Of a stretch of 64,000 bases of DNA, positions 50,408 through 59,723 are shown one piece after another. The notes beneath the pieces were generated by a model. The model saw only the letters and a program-made list of their open reading frames with translations, was not told where the DNA came from and did not search any database. The stretch comes from Candidatus Woesearchaeota archaeon (GTDB lineage: Archaea; Nanobdellota; Nanobdellia; Pacearchaeales; GW2011-AR1), in assembly GCA_964372205.1 (NCBI GenBank), contig CAYJQB010000001.1, forward strand, positions 141,180-205,179, in the 5' to 3' direction. The first letter of the stretch is position 1. Each line of letters opens with the position of its first letter. The position numbers were made by a program, and so were the translations under genes.

Positions 50408-51178
50408 GTGTCTATGTTAAATAATCTGGTTGAAGAAATAAAAAAGAAAAAGGAGTTTAGGGGCATTTCTTCAGAGTTTGTTTCGGGAGTTCTTCAAAGT
50501 TTTTTAAAGAAAAATAACATTTCCTTTCCTCAAGGAAAAAGAGAAGAAAAACTTATAGTAAAATCAGTCAGAGCAGAACTCAGAAGATTCACAGGGCAGT
50601 ACCAGACTTCATCAAATGGTAAACAAAGAGAAGAGCTCTTAAAACAAGGAAAAATGAATGAGTTACTTTCAACACACGTTTCCACAAAAGAAAGATTGTC
50701 TTTCTATGACGAACTTATATCAGAGATAAACAAGTTAAATCCCTCATCTATTTTGGACTTGGGCTGTGGGCTAAACCCCTTAGCCATTGCAACAAAAAAG
50801 GTCAAATATTATGCTTGTGATATCCAGGAAGATGAGTTAAAACTAGTCTCCGAATTTTTCAAGTTAAATCACATACCTGGAAAATCTTTCTACTGCGACC
50901 TAAGAAATGAAATAAATCTTCCAAAAGCAGATCTTTGTCTAATATTCAAAGTCTTTGACCTTCTAGACAAAAAGGGCCATGCAGTTTCAAAAAGAATTCT
51001 CTCAAATCTAACTTGTAGGAATATAATAGTCAGTTTCTCAACAAAAAAATTATCAGGCAGAGCTATGAACAATCCCAGAAGATACTGGTTCGAAAAGATG
51101 CTGGACTCTTTAGAATATTCTTTCGAAACAAAAAGTTCAGACAATGAAATATTTTATTTTATCCTAAAAAGACTCTAG
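50408..51178 (+). CDS. ArmA/RmtB/Sgm (FmrO)-family 16S rRNA (guanine1405-N7)-methyltransferase homolog
   Basis: STHVSTKERLSFYDEL ... SSILDLGCGLNPLAI ... VKYYACDIQ ... NIIVSFSTKKLSGRAMNNPRRYWFEKM aligns block-for-block with ArmA as I recall it (IHSSTNERVATLNDFY ... SSILDFGCGFNPLAL ... IIYHAYDID ... NFVISFPIKSLSGKE..ENY..WFE). Same length, about 256 aa. Confidence 0.55.
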   Translation: MSMLNNLVEEIKKKKEFRGISSEFVSGVLQSFLKKNNISFPQGKREEKLIVKSVRAELRRFTGQYQTSSNGKQREELLKQGKMNELLSTHVSTKERLSFYDELISEINKLNPSSILDLGCGLNPLAIATKKVKYYACDIQEDELKLVSEFFKLNHIPGKSFYCDLRNEINLPKADLCLIFKVFDLLDKKGHAVSKRILSNLTCRNIIVSFSTKKLSGRAMNNPRRYWFEKMLDSLEYSFETKSSDNEIFYFILKRL

Positions 51179-52019
51179 TCCCAGAAGATATCAGGAATGC
51201 TAAGATTATCATAACAATAGAATGTTTGAAACCAGATTTAACAGTCCCTTCAGAAAGTTTCCCTATCACCAGTCCTGCAAAAAATCCCTGCGTGAGTAGC
51301 AGATAGAGAAAAGGCCTCGCGAGCGCTTCTGGAGAGTAAGTCGAAGTGTTTACATCAGCAAAATTCCCAGAAGCAAGAGTATCAACATTATTGAAAGAGC
51401 CTATAGAATTTATTCCAGAAGTCAAAGGCAGTATCTTGAATTCCATAATAAGCATTATTCCTATGAATATCAAGAATATTATATATCCCTGCACAACTAA
51501 AGTGGACACAGCATTTTTTCTTTCCTTTCTCAACTTCTCTATCTCATAGATGGAATTCGCAACAGAATCTAATATGTGGTCTATTTCTCCTCCAGCATTT
51601 TCCGCTTCCCTTATCAAGCTTATAGCTCTTTTGACAACCTCGCTATCTGCTTCATTAGCAAAGTTTACAAAAGCTCTGCTTATCGGTATCCCTACAGATA
51701 TTTGGTTTGCAAGCTTTTTAACAGCAGGACTTAAGGGCCCAAATCCCTTATCTTTCATGTTCAGTATACTCTTCCCAATAGGTGTTCCTGACTTCACGCT
51801 CTCAGCCAGATTTCTCGAAAATTCCAAAAATTGCTGGTTGATTTCCTGTTCTTTTTTGCTTTCAAGAACCAACCCTGCTAAGATTGGAAGAAGCACCGCA
51901 GTAAAACCTATTCCCAAAAGAAATATGAAAAGCTTGTCACCTAAAAAGAAAGAAATGTCTACGATAACGATAAGCAGACCAAAAATACCTCCAATCCAAT
52001 GCATCTTTCTTATTCTCAT
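51159..52019 (-). CDS. TadC/FlaJ-like pilus-assembly membrane protein (single T2SSF domain)
   Basis: T2SSF-type region VKRAISLIREAENAGGEIDHILDSVANSIYEIEKLRKERKNAVS flanked by TM helices. Confidence 0.55.
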   Translation of the reverse strand: MRIRKMHWIGGIFGLLIVIVDISFFLGDKLFIFLLGIGFTAVLLPILAGLVLESKKEQEINQQFLEFSRNLAESVKSGTPIGKSILNMKDKGFGPLSPAVKKLANQISVGIPISRAFVNFANEADSEVVKRAISLIREAENAGGEIDHILDSVANSIYEIEKLRKERKNAVSTLVVQGYIIFLIFIGIMLIMEFKILPLTSGINSIGSFNNVDTLASGNFADVNTSTYSPEALARPFLYLLLTQGFFAGLVIGKLSEGTVKSGFKHSIVMIILAFLISSGTRVFLG

Positions 52020-52285
52020 CTTTTCCCCCTCATCATCTTATACACTAAATACACGAACGAAGTTAGTATAAATATGTATGATATCCAATAAAACCCAGGG
52101 AATGCTGTTTCTGTAAACACCTGAGCACATAAGTTGTCTACAGGATAGCTTCCAAGTGGGTTGAAGAAGCTGGGGGTGCAAGAGTTGTGCCACTCAAAAG
52201 GCATCAGCAAAAATGCAGTCATCAAAATAAGCTCTGCTATAATCAGTTTTCTGAACCATCCCTCATAATTTTTTCTTTTTTTCAT
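52016..52285 (-). CDS. small membrane protein
   Basis: 89 aa with two hydrophobic helices, lying between the two T2SSF-domain genes. Confidence 0.35.
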   Translation of the reverse strand: MKKRKNYEGWFRKLIIAELILMTAFLLMPFEWHNSCTPSFFNPLGSYPVDNLCAQVFTETAFPGFYWISYIFILTSFVYLVYKMMRGKR

Positions 52286-52286
52286 T

Positions 52287-53615
52287 TTAATATCCTGGTT
52301 GCTTTAATCCCAACAATACTATAAACAATATGTTAACAAGAGCAACGATTAGGATTATTGCTAAAGTCATAGAACTTGTTCCAATACCTATACTGATTCC
52401 TGAGACAGAAATCATTACTAAAAGCAAGAGAAGTATCATCGGAGCAGCTATAACAACGCTGATGTAAATATCCATAAATGTCTCCGCAGTCTTTGTGAAT
52501 TTCTCTCTTTCAAGGCGATAATTAAGAAGCAGTGTCTCAGCCCTTTTTTCCAGGAAAGATTTTAAATCTCCTCCAGTCATTATTGCCGTAGCAAGTCCTT
52601 TCATCAAGTCAGAAAGTTTCTTACTTGGTGTAGACTGAGCGATATTTTTTAAGGCAGTAACGAGGTCATATCCATAAACATTTATTTGATTGAGAAGCTT
52701 TCTTATCTCGCTTCCAGTGTTCCTATATTCCTTACTTGTTCCGATTATTTTGAATATCTGTGTAGGTTCAATGCCACTTCCAGAGATTGAAGCCATATGT
52801 ATTGCTACAAAAGGAAGTTCTCTGTCTATTTTACTTCCAAGTGATTTCTTTTCTGTATAAGGGTAGAAATAAAATGCTGCGAACATAAGTAATGGGGCTG
52901 CTAAGATTATCCAAGACACTTTCAGAATCCGCATTCCAATACTCCCTGCATATGATGTAAGGTATGGAGAGCTGAATTCAACATTGAAGAACAACAAGAA
53001 TACAGTGAAACCTATTCCAATTATTCCTGCAACAATCATCATGACAAACATCATCGACAGATAAGTGGTTGGGAGAATGTTCATATTGCTCTTCCTAAGA
53101 TCAAGTCTTAAGCCTGCAAATTTTCCCTTTTCCAAAAGCTCTTCAGAGAAATTTCTGAAAAGAGAATTAGAAAATTTAGCGAATCCGGCAGATTTTTTAT
53201 ACTCTTTTATTTTATCTTCTTTTACAGAATCTTTTCTCTTTAGTTTTCTCAAAAGCTCTTCACTTATACTCAATTCTTCCAAAAATTTATCTTTGTCCTG
53301 TCCGCGCAAAGACACCTTGATATACCCATTGTTTCTCAGTTTAACTTTAGAATCCGGACCTGCTTCATTCACTTCCAAGGTGAAGATATTCGCCGAAGAT
53401 TTCTTTCCAGGAATTTTCCTGATAAGTGATACGTCCTTCAATATCTCAACAACAGAATCATTTATCAATTTTATTCTTCTTTTATAAGAACCTATCATAG
53501 ACTCTAGAAGTTTTTTTTCATCAACAGATGAGAATTCAGTTCTCTCAATAAATCCGGAGAGTTCCCTGACCATTTTTATTTCATTTTCAATGTTCTCTAT
53601 CAGTTCATCTATCAT
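52287..53615 (-). CDS. TadB/FlaJ-like pilus-assembly membrane protein (cytoplasmic N-domain plus T2SSF domain)
   Basis: 442 aa. A cytoplasmic N-terminus of about 170 aa, TM helices, and a T2SSF-like region (LLNQINVYGYDLVTALKNIAQSTPSKKLSDLMKGLATAIMTGGDLKSFLEKRAETLL). Confidence 0.55.
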   Translation of the reverse strand: MIDELIENIENEIKMVRELSGFIERTEFSSVDEKKLLESMIGSYKRRIKLINDSVVEILKDVSLIRKIPGKKSSANIFTLEVNEAGPDSKVKLRNNGYIKVSLRGQDKDKFLEELSISEELLRKLKRKDSVKEDKIKEYKKSAGFAKFSNSLFRNFSEELLEKGKFAGLRLDLRKSNMNILPTTYLSMMFVMMIVAGIIGIGFTVFLLFFNVEFSSPYLTSYAGSIGMRILKVSWIILAAPLLMFAAFYFYPYTEKKSLGSKIDRELPFVAIHMASISGSGIEPTQIFKIIGTSKEYRNTGSEIRKLLNQINVYGYDLVTALKNIAQSTPSKKLSDLMKGLATAIMTGGDLKSFLEKRAETLLLNYRLEREKFTKTAETFMDIYISVVIAAPMILLLLLVMISVSGISIGIGTSSMTLAIILIVALVNILFIVLLGLKQPGY

Positions 53616-53619
53616 GTCA

Positions 53620-53802
53620 TTACCTCTTTACTATAATATCGATTTTTTTCTGAATATCCAATATCTCTTTTTTTGTTTTTTCTAGCTCTTCAAAATCTTT
53701 CTTCTCATAAGAACTATCTAACTTTTTAGCCGCAATCAGCATAGAATCCAACAATTGTGCCAGAGCTACCACCTCTTGTTTATCCATAATTCTAGAAGCC
53801 AA
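53620..53802 (-). CDS. small coiled-coil protein
   Basis: 60-aa ORF between the ATPase and the membrane component. Confidence 0.3.
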   Translation of the reverse strand: MASRIMDKQEVVALAQLLDSMLIAAKKLDSSYEKKDFEELEKTKKEILDIQKKIDIIVKR

Positions 53803-53819
53803 ACTGCGTTTAAATAACT

Positions 53820-55379
53820 TTATTTAGACACGTTCTGTTCAGGGCTCTTAGCGGGTTCCACTACCCCATACTTTCTAAGTACCGCCGCAGGATTTCTATA
53901 GTATTCGTTCACAATCTTCTGCATATCTGCAAAGCCGAAAATACCTGCTTTGTATAGGTTGTAGAGCAACCTTGCTCTTCTAGAAAACTCTACCTGAAGC
54001 TCTTCGAGGCTTGTTCCATACCTTGCAGAAATTTTTTCAAATACTTTACTTTGTTTCTTGAAGAAGAAAGAATCTTTTCCGGCATCCCACACAAGAGGAG
54101 TATTTATCAAAGTGGACCCATTCTTATCAACATTGACAACTTCGACAATCTCTCTTAACCTTCTCGTATGCTTATTTTTTAAGATTGCATGAGTCATAAC
54201 TGCTATACAATCTAAAGTGTTTACCAACGTTGGTGAAAGGTTGATTGGAGGAGTCTGTAATCTTCTTACAACTGTCTCCAAAGAGTCTGCGTGCAGAGTG
54301 CTTATAGAAGGATGACCGGAAGCCATTCCCTGGAAAAGAACAGACGCCTCTTTACCCCTTACCTCTCCAACAATCACATAGTCTGGATTTTGTCTGAAAG
54401 AGTTTTTCAGAAGGTCAAAAAGGTCGACTTGTCCCACCTTTCCAATACCTACAGAGGTTCTAGCTACAGCCGGAAGCCAGTTCTCTCTCGGAAGATTAAG
54501 TTCTCTAGTGTCTTCAATAGAGATGACTCTTGCTTCAGGAGGAATAAAAAATGCAAGAGCGTTCAGGAGAGTTGTTTTTCCAGAAGATGTTCCTCCAGTT
54601 ATCAATATGTTAGACTTGAACTGTATCAACAGCCAAAAGTATGCGAGCATCTCCGGACTTAAAGTATGCAGAGCAATCAATTGCGTTGGAGTCCAAGGGA
54701 CTTTTGTGAACTTTCTTATCGTGAATGTAGGTCCTCGAGAGGTGACATCTTTAGTATAAGTAGCATTTACTCTGCTTCCATCAGGAAGCGAACCATCTAA
54801 CAAGGGATTAGCGTAAGATATGTATTTTCCACTTCTTTGCGAAAGTTTTTCAACAAAACTTGCAAGTTCGTCAACGTTCCTGAATATGATGTTAGTCTTA
54901 AGATTTCTGAACATTCTGTGAACGATGTAAGTAGGAGTATCAACTCCATTACACTCTATATCTTCAATAAAGTAGTCTTTCAATAAAGGGTCTATCTGAT
55001 TCATCCCTATAAAATCTCTATAAAGATAGTAGAACAACCTCTCATAACTTGATTCGCTAATCTTCAGATTAAGCTCCCCTATAAGCAATCTCGCAGTTTT
55101 GTCTATGTACTCAACAAGGCTTTGTAGAGTTTTATCAACAGCAAGATTGACATTTATCATCTCAAGCATAGCTTCCTCTATTTTTTTGAGAGCTATTTTT
55201 TCCTCATCGCTAAGAAGTGGCTCTTCAACATCGTAGACAAGCTCACCTGCATTCTCATCCCAATAGATGTGCGCATTCGCATAAGGAGCTATCAAAGAAT
55301 ACCTAATATCTATCTGAGTTTTATCATCAAATTTCTTAAGTGGAGGGATGCTAGGCCGAACATTTATTTTAATCACCAT
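53820..55379 (-). CDS. FlaI/TadA/VirB11-family type IV pilus assembly ATPase
   Basis: Walker A LITGGTSSGKTTLLNAL; Asp box VISIEDTRELNL; Walker B DYVIVGEVRGKEA; His box LHADSLE. 519 aa. Confidence 0.85.
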   Translation of the reverse strand: MVIKINVRPSIPPLKKFDDKTQIDIRYSLIAPYANAHIYWDENAGELVYDVEEPLLSDEEKIALKKIEEAMLEMINVNLAVDKTLQSLVEYIDKTARLLIGELNLKISESSYERLFYYLYRDFIGMNQIDPLLKDYFIEDIECNGVDTPTYIVHRMFRNLKTNIIFRNVDELASFVEKLSQRSGKYISYANPLLDGSLPDGSRVNATYTKDVTSRGPTFTIRKFTKVPWTPTQLIALHTLSPEMLAYFWLLIQFKSNILITGGTSSGKTTLLNALAFFIPPEARVISIEDTRELNLPRENWLPAVARTSVGIGKVGQVDLFDLLKNSFRQNPDYVIVGEVRGKEASVLFQGMASGHPSISTLHADSLETVVRRLQTPPINLSPTLVNTLDCIAVMTHAILKNKHTRRLREIVEVVNVDKNGSTLINTPLVWDAGKDSFFFKKQSKVFEKISARYGTSLEELQVEFSRRARLLYNLYKAGIFGFADMQKIVNEYYRNPAAVLRKYGVVEPAKSPEQNVSK

Positions 55380-55418
55380 CTTGCAATAACTACTTTGTAG
55401 GAATTTATATACTTAATG

Positions 55419-55940
55419 CTAAACTTGTTCAAAACTTACTATTTGTATGCCCTCATCTGTAAATCCGTCGTTCTGGAACCTGAATTTATAGGGAACACTG
55501 CTCGATTGGAATATCAAAATCTCATCTGTTCCTTCAAAAGTCAGATTGAACTGATACTCTAATGAAAGCTCAACCTTGTGTTTTTTTGCACCTTCTGTAG
55601 TTAGCACTTTTACTCTTCCTATCTCCGTCTCAACACCAGGTTCAGAGAATAGCAAATCACTATCTTCTAGCACAAAATTTATCTTGTCATTCGCTCTATC
55701 AAATCTAAGTTGCCCTCTTTTCATCCCAAACTCAACAGTCCTAGCATTTCCAACTCCTCCAGATGTTGTTTCAGACAATTTAGAATCCAATGCGTTCATA
55801 GAAGATATAGTTTGTTCAAGAATAGACTTATCCCTGAATTCATTTATTCTAGGTGTGACTATAGCCAATACCACTGCTAACAGAGCAAGCCCTATCAAAG
55901 TGTAAATAACTGTCTCTACCCAAATCTGGCCTTTTTCCAT
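55419..55940 (-). CDS. pilin-like protein
   Basis: MEKGQIWVETVIYTLIGLALLAVVLAIV, with the pilin-type hydrophobic N-terminus. Confidence 0.45.
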   Translation of the reverse strand: MEKGQIWVETVIYTLIGLALLAVVLAIVTPRINEFRDKSILEQTISSMNALDSKLSETTSGGVGNARTVEFGMKRGQLRFDRANDKINFVLEDSDLLFSEPGVETEIGRVKVLTTEGAKKHKVELSLEYQFNLTFEGTDEILIFQSSSVPYKFRFQNDGFTDEGIQIVSFEQV

Positions 55941-55941
55941 T

Positions 55942-56478
55942 TTAATAAGCTAGCAAACTCTGTCTGGCATCATTATCCAAGCAGGTGTTAACTCTTATAG
56001 AATCACTAACATCACAAAGCTTTCCAGACTTCAATATTGCATTGACTTCAAGCTCATCAAATAATCCATCCGCGACATAAGTTCTTACTCCCCCCTTACT
56101 AGGCACATTTAGCTTCGTATCAAATCCTGAACTAAGCATTCTTATCTTTATTCCTAAAGAATTTCCATCAGTTCCATTCATTATCTCCATGACTTCAGAA
56201 GTCCCGTCCTTGAAAAGCGAGACTTTTATTCCAGCGACTTCCTCCCCATTGACTCTCACAGAGAATCCTGTTCTGTTCTTATCTCCTCCATCAACATAAC
56301 AGTTGTAAGGAGTTTCATCAAATTTCACATCTCCAAGAGTGTTTATACATTCTTCACTTCCTTCAAGATTTTCGCTTACAAAAGGAATTACAAAAACAGC
56401 CAGAATGCTTATAGCAACAAAAGTTATTATTAAAATCAGAACAGTAGCGATTATAGGACTTATACCTCGTTTATTCAT
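55942..56478 (-). CDS. archaeal type IV pilin
   Basis: MNKRGISPIIATVLILIITFVAISILA has the canonical KRG-ISP..ATVL class III signal. Confidence 0.6.
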   Translation of the reverse strand: MNKRGISPIIATVLILIITFVAISILAVFVIPFVSENLEGSEECINTLGDVKFDETPYNCYVDGGDKNRTGFSVRVNGEEVAGIKVSLFKDGTSEVMEIMNGTDGNSLGIKIRMLSSGFDTKLNVPSKGGVRTYVADGLFDELEVNAILKSGKLCDVSDSIRVNTCLDNDARQSLLAY

Positions 56479-56527
56479 CACACTCCTCTCCATCTCGTTA
56501 AATGTAGAAATCTCTTTTTATATGTTT

Positions 56528-56989
56528 CTAAATAGTCACTCCAACGCCATATTGGTCAGCGCAAGTATAAGCCACTTTTCCCGCATCAGTCTCTCCAAGG
56601 ATTATAGGAACGACTAGTATTTCGTCATTATCATCAAAATCACTTCCAAGAAGTTTTTTGGTTAAGGTTATAGATTCTCCAGTCCCTACGCTCTCACTAG
56701 TATACTCTGTCACAACAACCTCTCCTTTACCAAATCTCTTTATGTCAAATCCGTATAACGGAGCTTCACCCTGATTGTTTATTTCAAGAACATAATCTTC
56801 TCCAGAAGGAAATATTCCAGCTTGGAATTTAACTTTTCCAGCACATGCATTTTCGGCAGGCTCTCCAAATTTGGAAACTCCTTCTTTGACAAACCCTCTT
56901 GCCCATAAGAAAACTATTGAAGCAAGGATAATAACAATCATTATTAACAATACTGAAGCAATTACCGGACTCAATCCCCTCTTATTCAT
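56528..56989 (-). CDS. archaeal type IV pilin
   Basis: MNKRGLSPVIASVLLIMIVIILASIVFLWA. Confidence 0.6.
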   Translation of the reverse strand: MNKRGLSPVIASVLLIMIVIILASIVFLWARGFVKEGVSKFGEPAENACAGKVKFQAGIFPSGEDYVLEINNQGEAPLYGFDIKRFGKGEVVVTEYTSESVGTGESITLTKKLLGSDFDDNDEILVVPIILGETDAGKVAYTCADQYGVGVTI

Positions 56990-57029
56990 TTTAATAGATG
57001 TTCTGTTTTATTTTTATATCTTTGTAACA

Positions 57030-58646
57030 CTAAGGGTTAGCTATGCATTCACCCCATCCACATTGGGAAGTACATGTTTGCGTTCCTCCACCGATTTCTC
57101 CACCGCTTCCAGAATCTCCACCATAACTAATAGCGAATCCACCCACTCCACCCCCACCAGTTTGATCTCCCGGAGTGCAATCTCGTATATCTCCTACTTC
57201 ACATATTTCATATCCTTCATCCCATACTCCATTTCCACAATACCCTGCACATCCACCTATATTGAATTTACACTCATTCTGGTTTCCAGGAACATAACAA
57301 CTCAATGTTCCATAGTAATAGTTTCCGTATCCAGGAGAAGGAATGTTTGTACAGTCTTTTCCATTCAGATTGTTTCCGTCACACTCTTCCCATATTTGGT
57401 CAATAAGTCCATTTCCACAGACAGGATTATTTGAATCACATCCATCAGGAACTCCATCACCATCACTATCCTGGTTATCATCAAATCCATCACAAGTATC
57501 GTCTGTGTCACAAACTCCATCTCCATCTGTGTCATCTGGATTGTCAAATGGACACATATCTGCATCATCGCAAATTCCATCTTCATCAGTATCGAAGTTA
57601 GATTGTCCGTAACAATCACATGCATCACCTAATCCATCTCCATCACTATCCTGCTGATTACTATTTGAGTCATAAACACAGTTGTCATCGCTGTCACGTA
57701 CTCCATCCCCATCAGAATCTCTTGGAGTAACTTTCAGTTCATTTGAAGAGTCAATAAACTCATTACCATTTTCTACTAAAAATGCTCTAAAAATATATTC
57801 TGGATTGTCGTTTATTCCATCATCCTGTTCCCACACAGCTGTCCATGTGACTGACGCTACAGCTCCAGAGAACATTACATTCCCAGGCATATTAAAACTG
57901 ACAGCATCTCCATCATCCCAGTTTCCGCTTCCAAATAGGGAATCATCCTCTCTTATCTCAAATCTCACCTCTTTTCCGTCGCAGTACGAATCTCCTCCAA
58001 TAATAAGGTTTACATTTTCTCCCTCTTCTACTTGCGTTGTGCTCCATGATGCGCTAGTCAATCCACACTCCTGCTGATTGTTCCCACCACCATTTCCATT
58101 GTCAGAATCATCAAGCAAGTTGTTCTGAACATCAAAGTTTATACATTGGATTATCTCAAGAGATTTACTAGCCTCACCACATACATGACCATCACTCAAT
58201 ATTGGAAATATATCAACTCTGTCATAAGCACCATTTGCAACATAAATTCTCACTCCTCCCTCGTTATTCGCTTCCAAAGGCAGTCCGAATGACTGCTGAT
58301 AAGACATCCTTAATAGGTTAGAAGTTACACCATCTTCAACATCAACAATTTCTGTGCTTCCACTTTGCAATAATCCTACTCTAAATCCTCTGATGTTCTC
58401 GCTTTCAATTTTTATAGAAAATCCAGTTCTTTGTTTATCTGTATCACTATACCAGCAATTGTAATCAGAGCTTTTATCAAAATTAATTTCATTCAGCGCA
58501 TCAAAACAATCTTCTCTCCCGAATATATCTTTCACAAAAGGAATAGCATATTTTGCAAGCAACCCTCCAAGAACAATCACTACCAATATAATAAGAATAG
58601 TAGCCATAACAGGGCTTATACCCTTTTTATTCAACCCTCTTTTCAT
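57030..58646 (-). CDS. large pilin-like adhesin with thrombospondin type-3 (calcium-binding) repeats and a Cys-rich C-terminal domain
   Basis: N-terminus MKRGLNKKGISPVMATILIILVVIVLG. Central D-x-D-x-D-G-x-x-D-x-x-D-x-C repeats (DSDGDGVRDSDDNC, DSDGDGLGDACDC, DTDEDGICDDADMC, DTDGDGVCDTDDTC, DSDGDGVPDGCD). The C-terminus is rich in G and C. Confidence 0.6.
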   Translation of the reverse strand: MKRGLNKKGISPVMATILIILVVIVLGGLLAKYAIPFVKDIFGREDCFDALNEINFDKSSDYNCWYSDTDKQRTGFSIKIESENIRGFRVGLLQSGSTEIVDVEDGVTSNLLRMSYQQSFGLPLEANNEGGVRIYVANGAYDRVDIFPILSDGHVCGEASKSLEIIQCINFDVQNNLLDDSDNGNGGGNNQQECGLTSASWSTTQVEEGENVNLIIGGDSYCDGKEVRFEIREDDSLFGSGNWDDGDAVSFNMPGNVMFSGAVASVTWTAVWEQDDGINDNPEYIFRAFLVENGNEFIDSSNELKVTPRDSDGDGVRDSDDNCVYDSNSNQQDSDGDGLGDACDCYGQSNFDTDEDGICDDADMCPFDNPDDTDGDGVCDTDDTCDGFDDNQDSDGDGVPDGCDSNNPVCGNGLIDQIWEECDGNNLNGKDCTNIPSPGYGNYYYGTLSCYVPGNQNECKFNIGGCAGYCGNGVWDEGYEICEVGDIRDCTPGDQTGGGGVGGFAISYGGDSGSGGEIGGGTQTCTSQCGWGECIANP

Positions 58647-58681
58647 AATCTTAATTAGAAGATTTAGTTTTTAATTATTTG

Positions 58682-59200
58682 CTAAATACAATTAACAGTC
58701 CTCGTTTGAATAGCATCTGTGCATATAGCAGGGTAATTATCAACAAAGACTACTGGTCCTACTTCCAGTTCCTGTTCACCTAAGTTAGTGTAATTGAAAG
58801 ATTTCATTATCATCTCTCCTGGCTTAAGTCCTTCATCGAGAACTTTTCTTCCATCAGTAGTAGTCTCCTGATTAAAGTAAACATTACATTCATTCCCTCT
58901 TGAGCCTTCAAAGCACAACGTTTCTCTCGCAATCCTGCTAGAGTTTCCTATTTTGACAAAGGCACCATCAACACTGAAAAGTCCTCGATTTTCTAAAGTG
59001 ATATTCAGATAACCTCCAACACATTTTACTTCTCTCACATTCACACTAACATCAGTAGGACATTTAGGATTATCCTTTGGAACATAAAAGTTCAAAAAAG
59101 CATAGACTCCAGCAGCAATCCCTACAGCTATCACAATCAAAAGCACATAACCTACCATCTCACTAAGTCCTTTTCTATCCTTCTGCAACCAAAACTTCAT
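58682..59200 (-). CDS. pilin-like protein
   Basis: KDRKGLSEMVGYVLLIVIAVGIAAGVYAFLNF, with E at +3 after KG. Confidence 0.45.
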   Translation of the reverse strand: MKFWLQKDRKGLSEMVGYVLLIVIAVGIAAGVYAFLNFYVPKDNPKCPTDVSVNVREVKCVGGYLNITLENRGLFSVDGAFVKIGNSSRIARETLCFEGSRGNECNVYFNQETTTDGRKVLDEGLKPGEMIMKSFNYTNLGEQELEVGPVVFVDNYPAICTDAIQTRTVNCI

Positions 59201-59693
59201 CCTCATCCTCCTTGATAACTATGTAAAAGAAGTTATAACCTTTTTTCATTTCAAAGGTATGAGTGGAATTGTCTATAATTACTTTTATCTCTTCTCCTTG
59301 AAGTGAAACATTAGCTTCTTTTCCAGTCTTCCTTTGCACAGGCACAGTAACCCACTCTCCTCCTGTGTCTATCCCTACAACTCCAAGACTTTCTTCTTTA
59401 AAATGCATACCATACAGGTCAGAACTGTTCCCATAGACTGATATGAACTGATCAGAGCCTATATAATCAGAGTAATTGAAAAGGAAGTCAGACGTAAGGT
59501 CTAGGACATTTTCTTCACTGTATGCGCTGTAGTCCATGAGTTCTTTGTTCTCATCCCCAACTTCCTTGGCTAAATCATAGAAATACTCCTTGCTTTCTTT
59601 TACATTCACATAATTGACTATGGTGGTAAGCCCCAAGAGCACCCCTATTATTATGAATGTAGCTACTAAAAAAAACTGCCCTCTTTCGTTCAT
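59175..59693 (-). CDS. pilin-like protein
   Basis: MNERGQFFLVATFIIIGVLLGLTTIV. Confidence 0.4.
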   Translation of the reverse strand: MNERGQFFLVATFIIIGVLLGLTTIVNYVNVKESKEYFYDLAKEVGDENKELMDYSAYSEENVLDLTSDFLFNYSDYIGSDQFISVYGNSSDLYGMHFKEESLGVVGIDTGGEWVTVPVQRKTGKEANVSLQGEEIKVIIDNSTHTFEMKKGYNFFYIVIKEDEDEVLVAEG

Positions 59694-59723
59694 AAGATAC
59701 TCAAAACACTTTTATTTTTAATG

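Noticed and set aside
57440-57750. Repetitive DNA resembling a short tandem array
   Set aside because: It is in-frame coding for the thrombospondin type-3 repeats of the pilin-adhesin. It has neither spacer/repeat structure nor cas genes, so it is not a CRISPR array.
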